From positions 2,399-66,398 of the forward strand of contig CAAGDX010000014.1 in assembly GCA_900768685.1 (NCBI GenBank): a stretch of 64,000 bases of DNA, read 5' to 3'. The notes beneath the pieces were generated by a model that saw only the letters and a list, made by a program, of their open reading frames with translations, was not told the origin of the DNA and did not search any database. Every line of letters begins with the position of its first letter. Positions within the stretch are counted from its first letter, which is position 1. Positions 28,022-37,944 of this stretch are shown here, piece by piece. Source of the stretch: Bacteroidales bacterium. GTDB lineage: Bacteria > Bacteroidota > Bacteroidia > Bacteroidales > Muribaculaceae. The position numbers and the translations under genes are program-made.

Positions 28022-28705
28022 ATGAAAAAATTACTGATGATAATGGCACTTCTCCCCGTACTCACTTCGTGCGGCGACTTCTTCGTCTTTGAGTCGCAGC
28101 CTGAAGAATGGGAGGGCGTGACCATGAAAATCGATTTTCAAGACGCTTACTTGATGGTGGGTGACTCTTTGCCGCTTACCGCCACTCTCACGCCTTATAA
28201 TCCCAATGAAAGTCCTATCTACTGGAGCAAGTCCGACACCGTTTGCACAAAAATGCAAAATGATACGCTTGTGGCACTTTATCCGGGCACTTTCACCGTT
28301 ATGGCACAGGTTGGAAACGGTGCTGTGACAGATGTTGCGGAAGTCAACGTGATAGACTATTGGGACGTGTCCGAATTGGAAACACGCTATCCGTACGATA
28401 TGCTGTTTTATGCCAAAATAGACGTTGACGGTGAAGAATTTAACGATTCCACAATGATTGTTTCCGCAACCGTTCTCGGCAACGTGGCAGGCGTGGCTGT
28501 GAAACGCAATGCTTTCGGTATTGACTATGCGGAAATTCGCGTTTGGGCTGATGCGGACACCAAGCAGGGCAAAGTAACTTTCCAATGTTACGACCGCAAA
28601 AGACATAAATTATATAGATGCAACGAGCGTCCGGAGTACGACGCTTTTGCTACTTACGGCACTCTTTCTGAATTATATCCAATAACCTTTAATACTTCCG
28701 AATAA
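28022..28705 (+). CDS. 227-aa lipoprotein with an Ig-like (Big_2-type) domain
   Basis: Lipobox LLPVLTSC. VGDSLPLTATLTPYNPNESPIYWSKSDTVCTKMQNDTLVALYPGTFTVMAQVGNGAVTDVAEVNVI fits the Big_2 pattern. Confidence 0.7.
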   Translation: MKKLLMIMALLPVLTSCGDFFVFESQPEEWEGVTMKIDFQDAYLMVGDSLPLTATLTPYNPNESPIYWSKSDTVCTKMQNDTLVALYPGTFTVMAQVGNGAVTDVAEVNVIDYWDVSELETRYPYDMLFYAKIDVDGEEFNDSTMIVSATVLGNVAGVAVKRNAFGIDYAEIRVWADADTKQGKVTFQCYDRKRHKLYRCNERPEYDAFATYGTLSELYPITFNTSE

Positions 28706-31020
28706 TGAAAAAGTTTATCAGAATATCTATTTGGGCGTTTTTCCTCACTCTTTTCTCCGCTTGTACGCTTATGCTTGACGAGCCGGAAAATGTTGGTGAA
28801 GAAGTTCCGGAACAAAACGGTGACGGTTGGGAATCTCCAAGAACGGAAACCGAGGATATGGGTTCGGTTACATATCAGTTCACGAAAACTACGGTATATC
28901 TTGATGAGTCGTATCGTCAGTATATCATAAAGGCTGATTGTGACACTGCTTCAAAGCATATTGACATATACATGAAAAAATCCACGCCGAAAGACCTTAT
29001 TCCGCAGCGTGGAACAACCTTAGCTTCAAATCTTTACGATATCTTTGATGTTTGGGTGGTTCATAAAGTGGATTTCCTTGAAAATGTGGATGCTAACACT
29101 ATTAAAATTTCTTGTTCAAGTGTTGAAACAGATGAAGTTTTTGAATCACTTAAATTTGATGCCTCAGTTTATGTAGTAGAGGATTCTACGGAAAGCAGAA
29201 ATGGTGAAAGGGTGCTTAAATTTGTGCCTGCGTATGGTTCACGTTATGAAGACTCTACCACATTCCCTATTTGTCTCGGGATGCTAGCTTACGGTACTCC
29301 GGGTGCAAAAATAGATAAAGGCTTTTTGGAAGGTACAGGAATCTCATCATTTGGAGATATGACAATAAAACCATTAAATGCATTGAATTTATTCGGCCAT
29401 TTTGATGGAGCTACTGCAGTTGGCTTTGTTTCTACACTAAGGTTTGATGTTATGTACGATGATACAGATGATTGTATTTTTGATTTACATGGTTATTTTA
29501 TCAATCAACTTTTTTATTGTTCTACATGTCAAAGTATTAAAGGTGGTATAGTAATACCTTTTTTGGGTACTACGGGAGATGTGTCTTTTGATAGAGCTTA
29601 TGACGGATTTTCTATGAAAGTGGATAAAAATAAAACTCCATTCTTTATAACACTTGCTGCACCGAGTTTACCTTTAAATGTTGGTCCTTTCTTGATAACA
29701 TTAAGTGTTGAACCAAATATTGTGTTTTGTGCTTACGCGGAATTAACCGCCCCTATCTATAACTCAACATTACTCAAAAAGAAATTTGTTAAAGAATTCG
29801 GACTTCACTTTAACAAAGATGACAAAAAAGACAGATTTTTTTATCCTGAGGAAGGAAAAGAGGCTGCTGAGAAGGACGAGGAAACAGTACTGGTAGGAGA
29901 AGGTTTTGATAATTTAAAGTTTGGAATTCAAACAGTTCTTTCTTGTCCTGTTACAGCCACATTGCAAAATACAATTTCGCTCTCTATAGGTCCAACTTTT
30001 GAACCAACATTTGAGGTTAAGTTCCCTTTAAAAGGAAAGAAAAAAGATTTATATCAGATTGAAGATAAATATCTTTATGAAAACGAGGGTTATGAATCGT
30101 CTTTCTCTATGCCATTCTCAATAACTGCAAAAGGAACTATAGGGTTTAAAAAATGGATGTCTGCGGATTTATTTACGTTAACAATTAAATTACCTTCTGT
30201 AACTCCTATAGTATCAGACTTAATTGATTCATACTCCATAAGTTCAATAAAAGAGGATAAAGAAAAAACAACATATTCTGAAGTAGCATATCGTGCCCAG
30301 ATTAAATCAGACTTCGGTTTAATTAGTTATGACGATGTTGTAAGTCTGGCTATATTTGATAGTAATTGCAATTTTGTTAAAACAGTAGAAGCCACTAAGA
30401 GTGGTTATTCTTCTTATGAGTGTGAATTTACACTACCAATAGAATATGATGATAAAGGTCTTGTAAGCAAAACATCATATACTGCATTTGCGTTAAGAAA
30501 AATGCCTTTTAAAAATGAATATTTAGCAAGTGACATTTATAGCTTCAATCTTGGTGGTGATTGGGCTGTTCTTTCCAAATGTTCTCAGCTTGACACTCAA
30601 AATTGTAAACCAAGAAAGGTAAACCCGTATGATTATTCTGATGACCCGGAATTGGAATACTGCTATGCATTTAAGTTTACAGCAGACAGGCATACAAACT
30701 ATAACTCGACTTTCTATGTCCAATTTGATATATATCTGGAAAGTGGAGAATTGCTTTATTCTCTAGAACCTATAAAAGTTGGAAGATCTTGGAAAGGTGA
30801 TCGTTTAAATTATTTAGGCTATATGTATTTACCTTATAGGGACTATTTTGTAAAAGTTACAATGTTTCAGGAAGATGACGAAACCGGAGAAATGTACTTT
30901 TTAGCGGAAAAGAATATCTCCTTAAAAAAAGATTATAGTTCTTCTGAGAAATTTAATCCCGATGATGAAGCAAATATGAAGAATTGGAAGAAAAAAGGTT
31001 ATACAGTGGATGGCGAATAA
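28705..31020 (+). CDS. 771-aa lipoprotein, unknown function; last gene of the envelope locus
   Basis: Lipobox FLTLFSAC. The start ATG shares one nt with the upstream stop (TAATG at 28703-28707). Composition becomes markedly AT-rich from ~29300 onward. A strong terminator follows. Confidence 0.75.
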   Translation: MKKFIRISIWAFFLTLFSACTLMLDEPENVGEEVPEQNGDGWESPRTETEDMGSVTYQFTKTTVYLDESYRQYIIKADCDTASKHIDIYMKKSTPKDLIPQRGTTLASNLYDIFDVWVVHKVDFLENVDANTIKISCSSVETDEVFESLKFDASVYVVEDSTESRNGERVLKFVPAYGSRYEDSTTFPICLGMLAYGTPGAKIDKGFLEGTGISSFGDMTIKPLNALNLFGHFDGATAVGFVSTLRFDVMYDDTDDCIFDLHGYFINQLFYCSTCQSIKGGIVIPFLGTTGDVSFDRAYDGFSMKVDKNKTPFFITLAAPSLPLNVGPFLITLSVEPNIVFCAYAELTAPIYNSTLLKKKFVKEFGLHFNKDDKKDRFFYPEEGKEAAEKDEETVLVGEGFDNLKFGIQTVLSCPVTATLQNTISLSIGPTFEPTFEVKFPLKGKKKDLYQIEDKYLYENEGYESSFSMPFSITAKGTIGFKKWMSADLFTLTIKLPSVTPIVSDLIDSYSISSIKEDKEKTTYSEVAYRAQIKSDFGLISYDDVVSLAIFDSNCNFVKTVEATKSGYSSYECEFTLPIEYDDKGLVSKTSYTAFALRKMPFKNEYLASDIYSFNLGGDWAVLSKCSQLDTQNCKPRKVNPYDYSDDPELEYCYAFKFTADRHTNYNSTFYVQFDIYLESGELLYSLEPIKVGRSWKGDRLNYLGYMYLPYRDYFVKVTMFQEDDETGEMYFLAEKNISLKKDYSSSEKFNPDDEANMKNWKKKGYTVDGE

Positions 31021-31031
31021 GTATGAGATAA

Positions 31032-31065
31032 AAGGCTTGCAATTCACCCTTGCAAGCCTTTTTTA
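31032..31065 (+). terminator. Rho-independent terminator closing the envelope locus
   Basis: Stem AAGGCTTGCAA (31032-31042) pairs with TTGCAAGCCTT (31050-31060) around a 7-nt loop, followed by a T-run. Confidence 0.8.
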
Positions 31066-31130
31066 TGTCTTTGCCAATGCAGAACAATATTTTTTTTGAG
31101 TAAAAAAATACAATAATCGGTATAAATGCG

Positions 31131-31138
31131 TAACTTTG
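31131..31138 (+). promoter_or_regulatory. Bacteroidetes -7 promoter motif TAACTTTG upstream of aroE
   Basis: Exact TAnnTTTG, 39 nt upstream of the ATG at 31177. Confidence 0.5.
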
Positions 31139-31176
31139 CAGATTGAAGAAAATTCAATATCTAAATAGCATTTTTT

Positions 31177-31932
31177 ATGCAGAGGAAAAAAGCAATATAT
31201 GGTTTGATAGGTTTTCCACTCGGACATTCCTTCTCACAAACGTATTTTAACCAAAAGTTTGAAAGTGAGGCTATTGACGCTTCCTACGAAAATTTTGAAA
31301 TTGAAGATATTGGAGAACTGATGGAAATTTTTGCGGAATTTCCGGAACTCTCCGGACTTAATGTCACTATCCCTTACAAGCAGCAGGTCATTCCGTATAT
31401 GAACGAGATGGATGCCGTGGCTGCGGAAATCGGTGCCGTGAACGTGATTAAAATCATTCGTGGCAAAAACGGCGATTTCAAACTCAAAGGCTATAATTCC
31501 GATATCATAGGTTTTTCGGATTCTATTGCTCCGCTACTTAAGCCGCATCACAAAAAAGCTCTTGTTCTCGGTACGGGCGGTGCTTCAAAGGCTATAATGC
31601 TGGGACTGAAAAACTTGGGACTTGAGCCTACACTCGTTTCTCGCACTCCTAAAGACGGCGTCCTCACATACGAGCAATTGGACAAGGATGTTATGGACAG
31701 CCACACTGTGATTGTGAACACTACACCGCTGGGTATGTACCCCAATGTGGAGAATGCTCCTGATATTCCTTACAATCTGCTCGGTGAAAATCACCTCTGC
31801 TACGACCTTATCTATAACCCTGACGAAACAGAGTTTATGAAACGCTCGAAAGCAGCGGGTGCTACTGTGAAAAATGGACTTGAAATGCTTCTCCTCCAGG
31901 CTTTTGCTTCCTGGAATATCTGGAATGAATAA
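31177..31932 (+). CDS. aroE: Shikimate dehydrogenase
   Basis: YGLIGFPLGHSFSQTYFNQKF...NVTIPYKQ...GAVNVI...LVLGTGGASKAI are AroE hallmarks. Confidence 0.88.
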   Translation: MQRKKAIYGLIGFPLGHSFSQTYFNQKFESEAIDASYENFEIEDIGELMEIFAEFPELSGLNVTIPYKQQVIPYMNEMDAVAAEIGAVNVIKIIRGKNGDFKLKGYNSDIIGFSDSIAPLLKPHHKKALVLGTGGASKAIMLGLKNLGLEPTLVSRTPKDGVLTYEQLDKDVMDSHTVIVNTTPLGMYPNVENAPDIPYNLLGENHLCYDLIYNPDETEFMKRSKAAGATVKNGLEMLLLQAFASWNIWNE

Positions 31933-31977
31933 GGTCTGTAATAAAATGAATTTCTAATATACTAAACAGGTACTAAA

Positions 31978-32979
31978 ATGTCTGAAAACAAAAATGACGC
32001 TAAATGCGAAAAAGGCAATCTTATCTCTCTCGGTGCAAGCCGTGTGATTTACGCTGCCGCAATAATTTATATGCTTTTTCCATGGGACAAAGTAGGGTTG
32101 GGCTATTTGGCAATAAGTCCGGCTGTGGCATTGTTCCTCGGACTGGTGTTTGCTCTCCTCTGCACCATGCCAAACCCCAAGTTTAACAAAAAAGCATCAA
32201 AATATCTTCTCCAGGCTTCCGTTGTGGGTCTTGGTTTTGGTATGAGTATAGAAAAATCGCTTGAATCCGGCAGCCAAGGTATGATGTTCACCATTGTTTC
32301 CGTTGTAGGCGTAATGGTGGCAGGCGTACTGATTGGCTATTGGATGCACCTGGAGCGTAAAACGTCTTATCTCATCTCTTCCGGTACTGCCATTTGCGGT
32401 GGTAGTGCCATAGCGGCAGTAGGTCCGGTGCTGAAAGCAAATGAAAATGAAATGGCTGTATCACTGGGCGTTATCTTCATTCTCAATGCTATTGCACTCT
32501 TTATTTTCCCGCCTATCGGTCACTATTTTGAAATGAGTCAGACGCAGTTCGGAACGTGGGCTGCCATTGCCATTCACGATACTTCTTCCGTGGTCGGTGC
32601 CGGCTCTGCGTATGGCGAGGAAGCCTGTGAAATTGCCACACTCATCAAGTGTACTCGTGCACTCTGGATTATCCCTCTGGCATTCGTAACTATGCTTATT
32701 TTCCGCGAAAAAGGCAATAAGATTTCCATCCCATGGTTTATTCTCCTTTTTGTGGTTGCAATGATTATCAACACGTACTGCGGACTTCCTGCAGGCGTTT
32801 CAGAAACAATAGTTTATATTGCAAAACGTGCACTTGTTGTCACTCTTTTCTTCATTGGTGCAAGTTTGTCCGTGAAGATGATAAAATCCGTAGGCATCAA
32901 GCCTCTTGTGCTTGCCGTTCTGCTCTGGATTATTATAGGTGTATCAAGTTTCTTTGTGGTAAAAGCCACTATAGTGTAA
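31978..32979 (+). CDS. YeiH/UPF0324 family membrane protein (putative sulfate exporter family transporter)
   Basis: Polytopic membrane protein of ~330 aa with SSGTAICGGSAIAAVGP, which is typical of UPF0324. Confidence 0.6.
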   Translation: MSENKNDAKCEKGNLISLGASRVIYAAAIIYMLFPWDKVGLGYLAISPAVALFLGLVFALLCTMPNPKFNKKASKYLLQASVVGLGFGMSIEKSLESGSQGMMFTIVSVVGVMVAGVLIGYWMHLERKTSYLISSGTAICGGSAIAAVGPVLKANENEMAVSLGVIFILNAIALFIFPPIGHYFEMSQTQFGTWAAIAIHDTSSVVGAGSAYGEEACEIATLIKCTRALWIIPLAFVTMLIFREKGNKISIPWFILLFVVAMIINTYCGLPAGVSETIVYIAKRALVVTLFFIGASLSVKMIKSVGIKPLVLAVLLWIIIGVSSFFVVKATIV

Positions 32980-32995
32980 TGATTTTTTTACGGTC

Positions 32996-34969
32996 TTGAA
33001 ACCGCCGTTCTCATACGTACCCCTGTTGCCGCCGCTGATTGCTGCCATAGCAGGGGTATTGTTTTGTCATTACGTTTCATCAAGCGTTTGGGTGGGGATT
33101 ATTTTGCTGGCGGTAGTCGCAATTTTCTTTGCTCCCAAACTCCGCACTTTTATGCCCGTGGCAGGTATGCTGCTTTTGGGGTGGTGTGCGGCGGTTATTT
33201 CCGAGCCGGAAGAAAATACGGCTGCAAAATTAAATGAACACAAATCTTTCACCGCGGAAATCACGTCAATAAAGGAGACGGACACCGGATTCACGCTTTG
33301 TGCAGAGGTCTATCAGTGTGACGGAAAGGATATAAATGCAGAAAAGTGCGTTATCTATGTGGCATCCTCGGAAAAAGAGTTTTACGCCGGAGAAATAGTT
33401 CGCTTTTCAGGTTCTTTCAGTGAAATGAGGTCTGAAACGGTACTGCCCGATGAAATTGATTTTTCGCAGTCTTACCGCAACCGAGGTTACTACCTGAAAA
33501 CGCGAATAAATGCGGACAAAATCGCACATGTCGGTAGGGTAGGCGGACTGAGAGGCAGGCTCTACGATTTCAAACGTTCTGCCGTGGATTTTCTTGTGTT
33601 TTCAAACCTTTCCGAGGATACTTCCGCTTTCCTTGCCGCAACAATTTTCGGTGATACTTCGCTCCTGAGAACAGATGTCCGCAATACGTATTCCGCTACG
33701 GGTCTTGCACATATCTTGGCACTCAGCGGTATGCACGTGGCTATTATTTCGCTCATTCTCTACTGGGTTCTTTTTCCCGTCACGCTCTTGCGACAGCACA
33801 ATCTCCGGATAGTAATCACCATTATTCTGCTCTGGTGCTATGCAGTGATGACAATGCTCTCGCCGTCTGTCACGCGAGCAGTGATAATGGCAACTTTTGT
33901 GATGTTGTCGCACATTATGTACAGGCACAATGTGTCGTTCAATGCTCTTTGCGGTGCGGCTTTACTGATTATTCTTTTCAGTCCGCTCTCGCTTTACAGT
34001 GTTGGTTTTCAGTTTTCATTCGCCGCTGTGGCAGGCATACTTTTGCTTGGCGAGAGACTGAATCCTTTCCGTATGGGAACGATTCCGCACCAAATTGCCG
34101 GAATGTTTGCACTCCCTGTTTCCGCAGTCCTTGCAACGGCACCACTCATGATTTATCATTTTCACACTTTTCCTCTGTGCTTTATTGTCACCGCTCCGTT
34201 GCTCACTCTCGTGTTGTCGCTGATAATTTACGTCGGCTTTGTATATATGCTTTTGGGCTTGCCTGGTGGCTTTGTAGCAGATGCAATCAGTTTTGTTTAT
34301 GACGGTGTTTCAGATATTATTGCTGTCTTTTCCGGTATGCAGCATAGTGTGGTGAATGGCTTATATATTGAACCGATTACAGTTTTCCTATTGCTTTTGC
34401 TTGTACCTGTTCTTGCTGCATGGATAGAATACAAAAAAGGTGCTTGGGGACTTGCTTTTGCAATGATTTTTGCATCTGCAGCCGCCATAGAAACGTTTGC
34501 AGTGATGCGGTATCCCGCCACGGAATATTTTGTGGCAGATGAATATGACTACGTTAATATCGTGATGAAAGAAGATGCAAATCTTTATGTGTTTACCACC
34601 GCAAATCCTACTAAAACAACCGGAATCCGTGATAATTGCGAGTTTTTGTATGCAGACTATATGGGAAAACGCGGCATAGATTCGCTTAAAGTGGTCACAG
34701 ACAACCTTTTTACGGACAAAATTTATCTGCACAAGCCTTTTCTCAATTTTGCAGGAGAAAAAATAGTGATTGCGGATTCTGCCGTAACTCCGGATAGTTG
34801 TAAATGCGATATTCTCCTGATTTGCAAAGGTTTCCGCTACGATGCATCAAAACTTGCAATGAAAACGAAACCGGATTCCATAATTATCTGCCGGGGTGTG
34901 AATTACAAACTCCGTAAAAAATACTTTGAAACGCTTTCAAAAGAAGGCTATGCGGTGTCTTGCAGATAG
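32996..34969 (+). CDS. comEC: ComEC/Rec2 family competence membrane protein
   Basis: The polytopic core contains TGLAHILALSGMHVAII and SVGFQFSFAAVAGIL. The start is TTG in the ORF track. Confidence 0.75.
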   Translation: MKPPFSYVPLLPPLIAAIAGVLFCHYVSSSVWVGIILLAVVAIFFAPKLRTFMPVAGMLLLGWCAAVISEPEENTAAKLNEHKSFTAEITSIKETDTGFTLCAEVYQCDGKDINAEKCVIYVASSEKEFYAGEIVRFSGSFSEMRSETVLPDEIDFSQSYRNRGYYLKTRINADKIAHVGRVGGLRGRLYDFKRSAVDFLVFSNLSEDTSAFLAATIFGDTSLLRTDVRNTYSATGLAHILALSGMHVAIISLILYWVLFPVTLLRQHNLRIVITIILLWCYAVMTMLSPSVTRAVIMATFVMLSHIMYRHNVSFNALCGAALLIILFSPLSLYSVGFQFSFAAVAGILLLGERLNPFRMGTIPHQIAGMFALPVSAVLATAPLMIYHFHTFPLCFIVTAPLLTLVLSLIIYVGFVYMLLGLPGGFVADAISFVYDGVSDIIAVFSGMQHSVVNGLYIEPITVFLLLLLVPVLAAWIEYKKGAWGLAFAMIFASAAAIETFAVMRYPATEYFVADEYDYVNIVMKEDANLYVFTTANPTKTTGIRDNCEFLYADYMGKRGIDSLKVVTDNLFTDKIYLHKPFLNFAGEKIVIADSAVTPDSCKCDILLICKGFRYDASKLAMKTKPDSIIICRGVNYKLRKKYFETLSKEGYAVSCR

Positions 34970-35023
34970 AACCGGTTAACTTTATACTCGCATTTTGAAG
35001 TTGTCCGCAATGTTTGCAAGCCG

Positions 35024-36430
35024 TTAAGCATTGCTTTTCAACCTTTCCACATAATCGTTTATCCTCCGCATTTGTGCAGGAATATTGATGGTTTGCGGAC
35101 AGTGACTTACGCAGTGATTGCACCCTATGCAGTGGTTTGCTTGTCGCAGTTTGGGCACTTTGCGGTCATAGCCCACAAGGAATGCCCGGCGAGCCTTTGC
35201 ATAGTTTTCGTCTTGCGTGGAATTTGTCACAAACCCTTCGTTTATGCACTTGTTGTAATGCGAGAATATGCCCGGAATGTCAAGTCCGTAAGGGCAAGGC
35301 ATGCAGTATTGGCAAGCGGTGCAAGGAACGGATGGGTATTTCAGCATGGTTTGTGCCGTATCTTCCAGCAGTTCGAATTCTTCCTCCGTACATTCCACAA
35401 GCGGCGAATAAGTGCGAATATTGTCTTGAAGATGTTCCTTGTAAGTCATACCGCTAAGTACCGTAAGCACCTTTGGAAATGAGCCTGCAAAGCGGAAAGC
35501 CCATGCGGCGATGCTGTCTTCCGGGCGACGCTGTTTAAGTCTGCCGTTAAGGTAGTCTGTAAGTCCGGCAAGTCTGCCACCCAGCAGCGGTTCCATAACC
35601 ACTACGGGAATGTCGCGTTTTGCGAGTTCTTCGTATAGATAGTCTGCGTTGAAATTGATGCCGGAAGCATGACGGTAGTCAACATAGTTGAGTTGAATCT
35701 GCACAAAATCCCAGTGAAAATCTTCGTGACGTGAGAGAAGATAGTCGAAAGATTTAATATCACCATGGTATGAAAATCCCAGGTTGCGTATTCTTCCCGC
35801 TTCACGTTCTTTGACAAGGAAATCCACTATTTTGCAGTCTATAAAACGCTCCATTGTGGAAGCCAATCCCTGACCTATACCCACAATGTGCAGCAAATAA
35901 TAGTCAATATAGTCCGTTTGCAGTTCTTTGAACGAATTGCGGTACATTTTTACGGATTCTTCAAACATCTTTTCCGGAGTCCAACCTTGCCCTGCCATAC
36001 GGTGGTTTGAAAGTTTTGTGGCAATGAAATAGGATTCTCTGGGATGACGTTTGAGTGCTATGCCTGTGGCTTTTTCAGACATTCCCTGGCAGTATGGCGG
36101 TGCGGTGTCGTAATAGTTCACACCGTGAGCCAAAGCATAATCCACAAGGTCGTTAACAGCCTCTTGGTCAATTATTTTGCCGTCTCCTTCCGGATTGTTC
36201 ATAGTTGGCCAACGCATACATCCGTAACCGAGAATAGACACTTTGTCGCCCGTGTTATGGTTTATGCGGTAGGTCATCTTGTCGGTCGGCACTTCTTTGG
36301 AAGCAGTGTTTTCGTTTCCGGACGGTGCATCACAGCCTGTGAGTGCCGCAGCGGTGGCGATAGAGCCGAGACCGATTTTTTTCAGGAAATCTCGTCTGCC
36401 GTTATTCGTATGTTCTTCTTTACTATTCAT
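35024..36430 (-). CDS. Tat-signal aldo/keto reductase with a C-terminal 4Fe-4S dicluster domain
   Basis: Twin-arginine motif GRRDFLKKIGLGSIATAAALTGC. AKR core GVNYYDTAPPYCQGMSEKATGIAL. C-terminal CTACQYCMPCP and CIGCNHCVSHCP. Confidence 0.8.
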   Translation of the reverse strand: MNSKEEHTNNGRRDFLKKIGLGSIATAAALTGCDAPSGNENTASKEVPTDKMTYRINHNTGDKVSILGYGCMRWPTMNNPEGDGKIIDQEAVNDLVDYALAHGVNYYDTAPPYCQGMSEKATGIALKRHPRESYFIATKLSNHRMAGQGWTPEKMFEESVKMYRNSFKELQTDYIDYYLLHIVGIGQGLASTMERFIDCKIVDFLVKEREAGRIRNLGFSYHGDIKSFDYLLSRHEDFHWDFVQIQLNYVDYRHASGINFNADYLYEELAKRDIPVVVMEPLLGGRLAGLTDYLNGRLKQRRPEDSIAAWAFRFAGSFPKVLTVLSGMTYKEHLQDNIRTYSPLVECTEEEFELLEDTAQTMLKYPSVPCTACQYCMPCPYGLDIPGIFSHYNKCINEGFVTNSTQDENYAKARRAFLVGYDRKVPKLRQANHCIGCNHCVSHCPQTINIPAQMRRINDYVERLKSNA

Positions 36431-36432
36431 AG

Positions 36433-37938
36433 TTAAATTGTTCTATGACGTTCGTGACCTTCAACGTAAATTGCACTGAATGGACGTGCCGGGCAGTGAT
36501 ATTCACAGGCACCGCAACCAATGCAGCGTTCCGTATTTATAGCCGGTATTTTTGGTGAATTTTCGTCATCCGGGTTGAGTGGTACCATAAGGATTGCACC
36601 TGCCGGGCAGTGTCGGGCACAGTTGCCACATTCAGTGCCGTTTACCGCAATACAGTTTTTCCTTATCCACTCTGCATGTCCTATCTGTGTGGAAGATTTT
36701 TCCGCAATATCGATAGGTGTAATTGCTCCTGCGGGACAAACCAGAGAACATTTGTTACATTCCGGGCGACAGTAGCCGCGGTCGTATGAAAGTTCCGGCT
36801 GCATAAATGTTTTGAGGTCCGTAGATGGTCGGAGCACCTCGTTAGGGCATGCGGAAATGCATAGTTGGCAAGCAGTGCAGTGTTGTGAGAAATGGCGTAG
36901 GTTTAAAGAGCCCGGAGGTGTAATGCGAGTGGCTCTCACCGGTTTTTCTTTTTCCGTGATTGCCGCAAGTCCACCGTCAACAGCCTTTTCTTGAGAAGAA
37001 AGTGCTACGGTTGCGGTGAGAACGGCAGTGGAAACAATAAACTGTCTGCGTGATTCGTCGGTGACATTATTCTCATTGTTTTCCGCTTTATTTTCATTGC
37101 TTTCCTTTTTACCACCGTAACGGAGAACGTATTTTATGGCTCCGTGTTTGCAGGTGTCTATGCAGTCCATACACATCACGCAGCGAGTGTAATCCACTTT
37201 GTGTATTTTGCCGTTAATGCAAGCCGCTTTGCATTTTCGTGAGCAAAGTCCGCACTTATTGCATTTGGTGCTATCTATTTTTATGCAGAAAATAGAGAAT
37301 TTGGAGATGTAGCCGAGCAGTGTGCCTACGGGGCAAATTGTGTTGCAGTACGTTCTGCCGTTTTTCCACGCCAAGAAAGCGATAATGGCAAAAGTAACGG
37401 CGGCAATAATAAACGTTGTGAGACTTTTTATCCAAACGTCAACACTATAAAAAGCATAACTGTCTGCCCGTTCTGCAAAATATGCAAAGACATTGTTTCC
37501 CCAGCGGTAAAGCGGTGCAAACAGGTTGCTCGCTATTCTGCCGTATGCACTGTAAGGGGCGAGTAGGGTGAAAACGGCACTCACTCCGGCAAGGAGAGAG
37601 ATTAAGAAAACTGCTAAAAAGGCAATTCTAAGCCACTTTTTTTCAGGTGAATAACTGAAACGGAAATGGTGCTTTTTCCTTTTGCCGCTAATCCATGAAA
37701 CAACATCTTGAAAAACACCCATCGGGCAAATCACGGAGCAATATACTCTGCCTAAAATGAGCGTAAGCAATACAAGAATAAGTACCACACCGAAATTCAC
37801 TGCAAGAACTGCCGGCAAAAACTGAATCTTTGCCATCCAGCTGAGCCAGGTGTGTGCAATACCGGTGAAATCCAGGAAAAGCAGGGTGATGCCTATAAAG
37901 AATATTGAGGCGAGGGCTATGCGAATCTTACGTAGCAT
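36433..37938 (-). CDS. Membrane polyferredoxin (NapH/MauN-like 4Fe-4S binding protein)
   Basis: N-terminal TM helices with CSVICPMGVFQD and CNTICPVGTLL. Multiple CxxCxxCxxxCP motifs follow (CNKCGLCSRKC, CVMCMDCIDTC, CTACQLCISACP, CNKCSLVCP, CGNCARHCP, CIGCGACEYHCP). Confidence 0.8.
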   Translation of the reverse strand: MLRKIRIALASIFFIGITLLFLDFTGIAHTWLSWMAKIQFLPAVLAVNFGVVLILVLLTLILGRVYCSVICPMGVFQDVVSWISGKRKKHHFRFSYSPEKKWLRIAFLAVFLISLLAGVSAVFTLLAPYSAYGRIASNLFAPLYRWGNNVFAYFAERADSYAFYSVDVWIKSLTTFIIAAVTFAIIAFLAWKNGRTYCNTICPVGTLLGYISKFSIFCIKIDSTKCNKCGLCSRKCKAACINGKIHKVDYTRCVMCMDCIDTCKHGAIKYVLRYGGKKESNENKAENNENNVTDESRRQFIVSTAVLTATVALSSQEKAVDGGLAAITEKEKPVRATRITPPGSLNLRHFSQHCTACQLCISACPNEVLRPSTDLKTFMQPELSYDRGYCRPECNKCSLVCPAGAITPIDIAEKSSTQIGHAEWIRKNCIAVNGTECGNCARHCPAGAILMVPLNPDDENSPKIPAINTERCIGCGACEYHCPARPFSAIYVEGHERHRTI

Positions 37939-37944
37939 CAGTGT

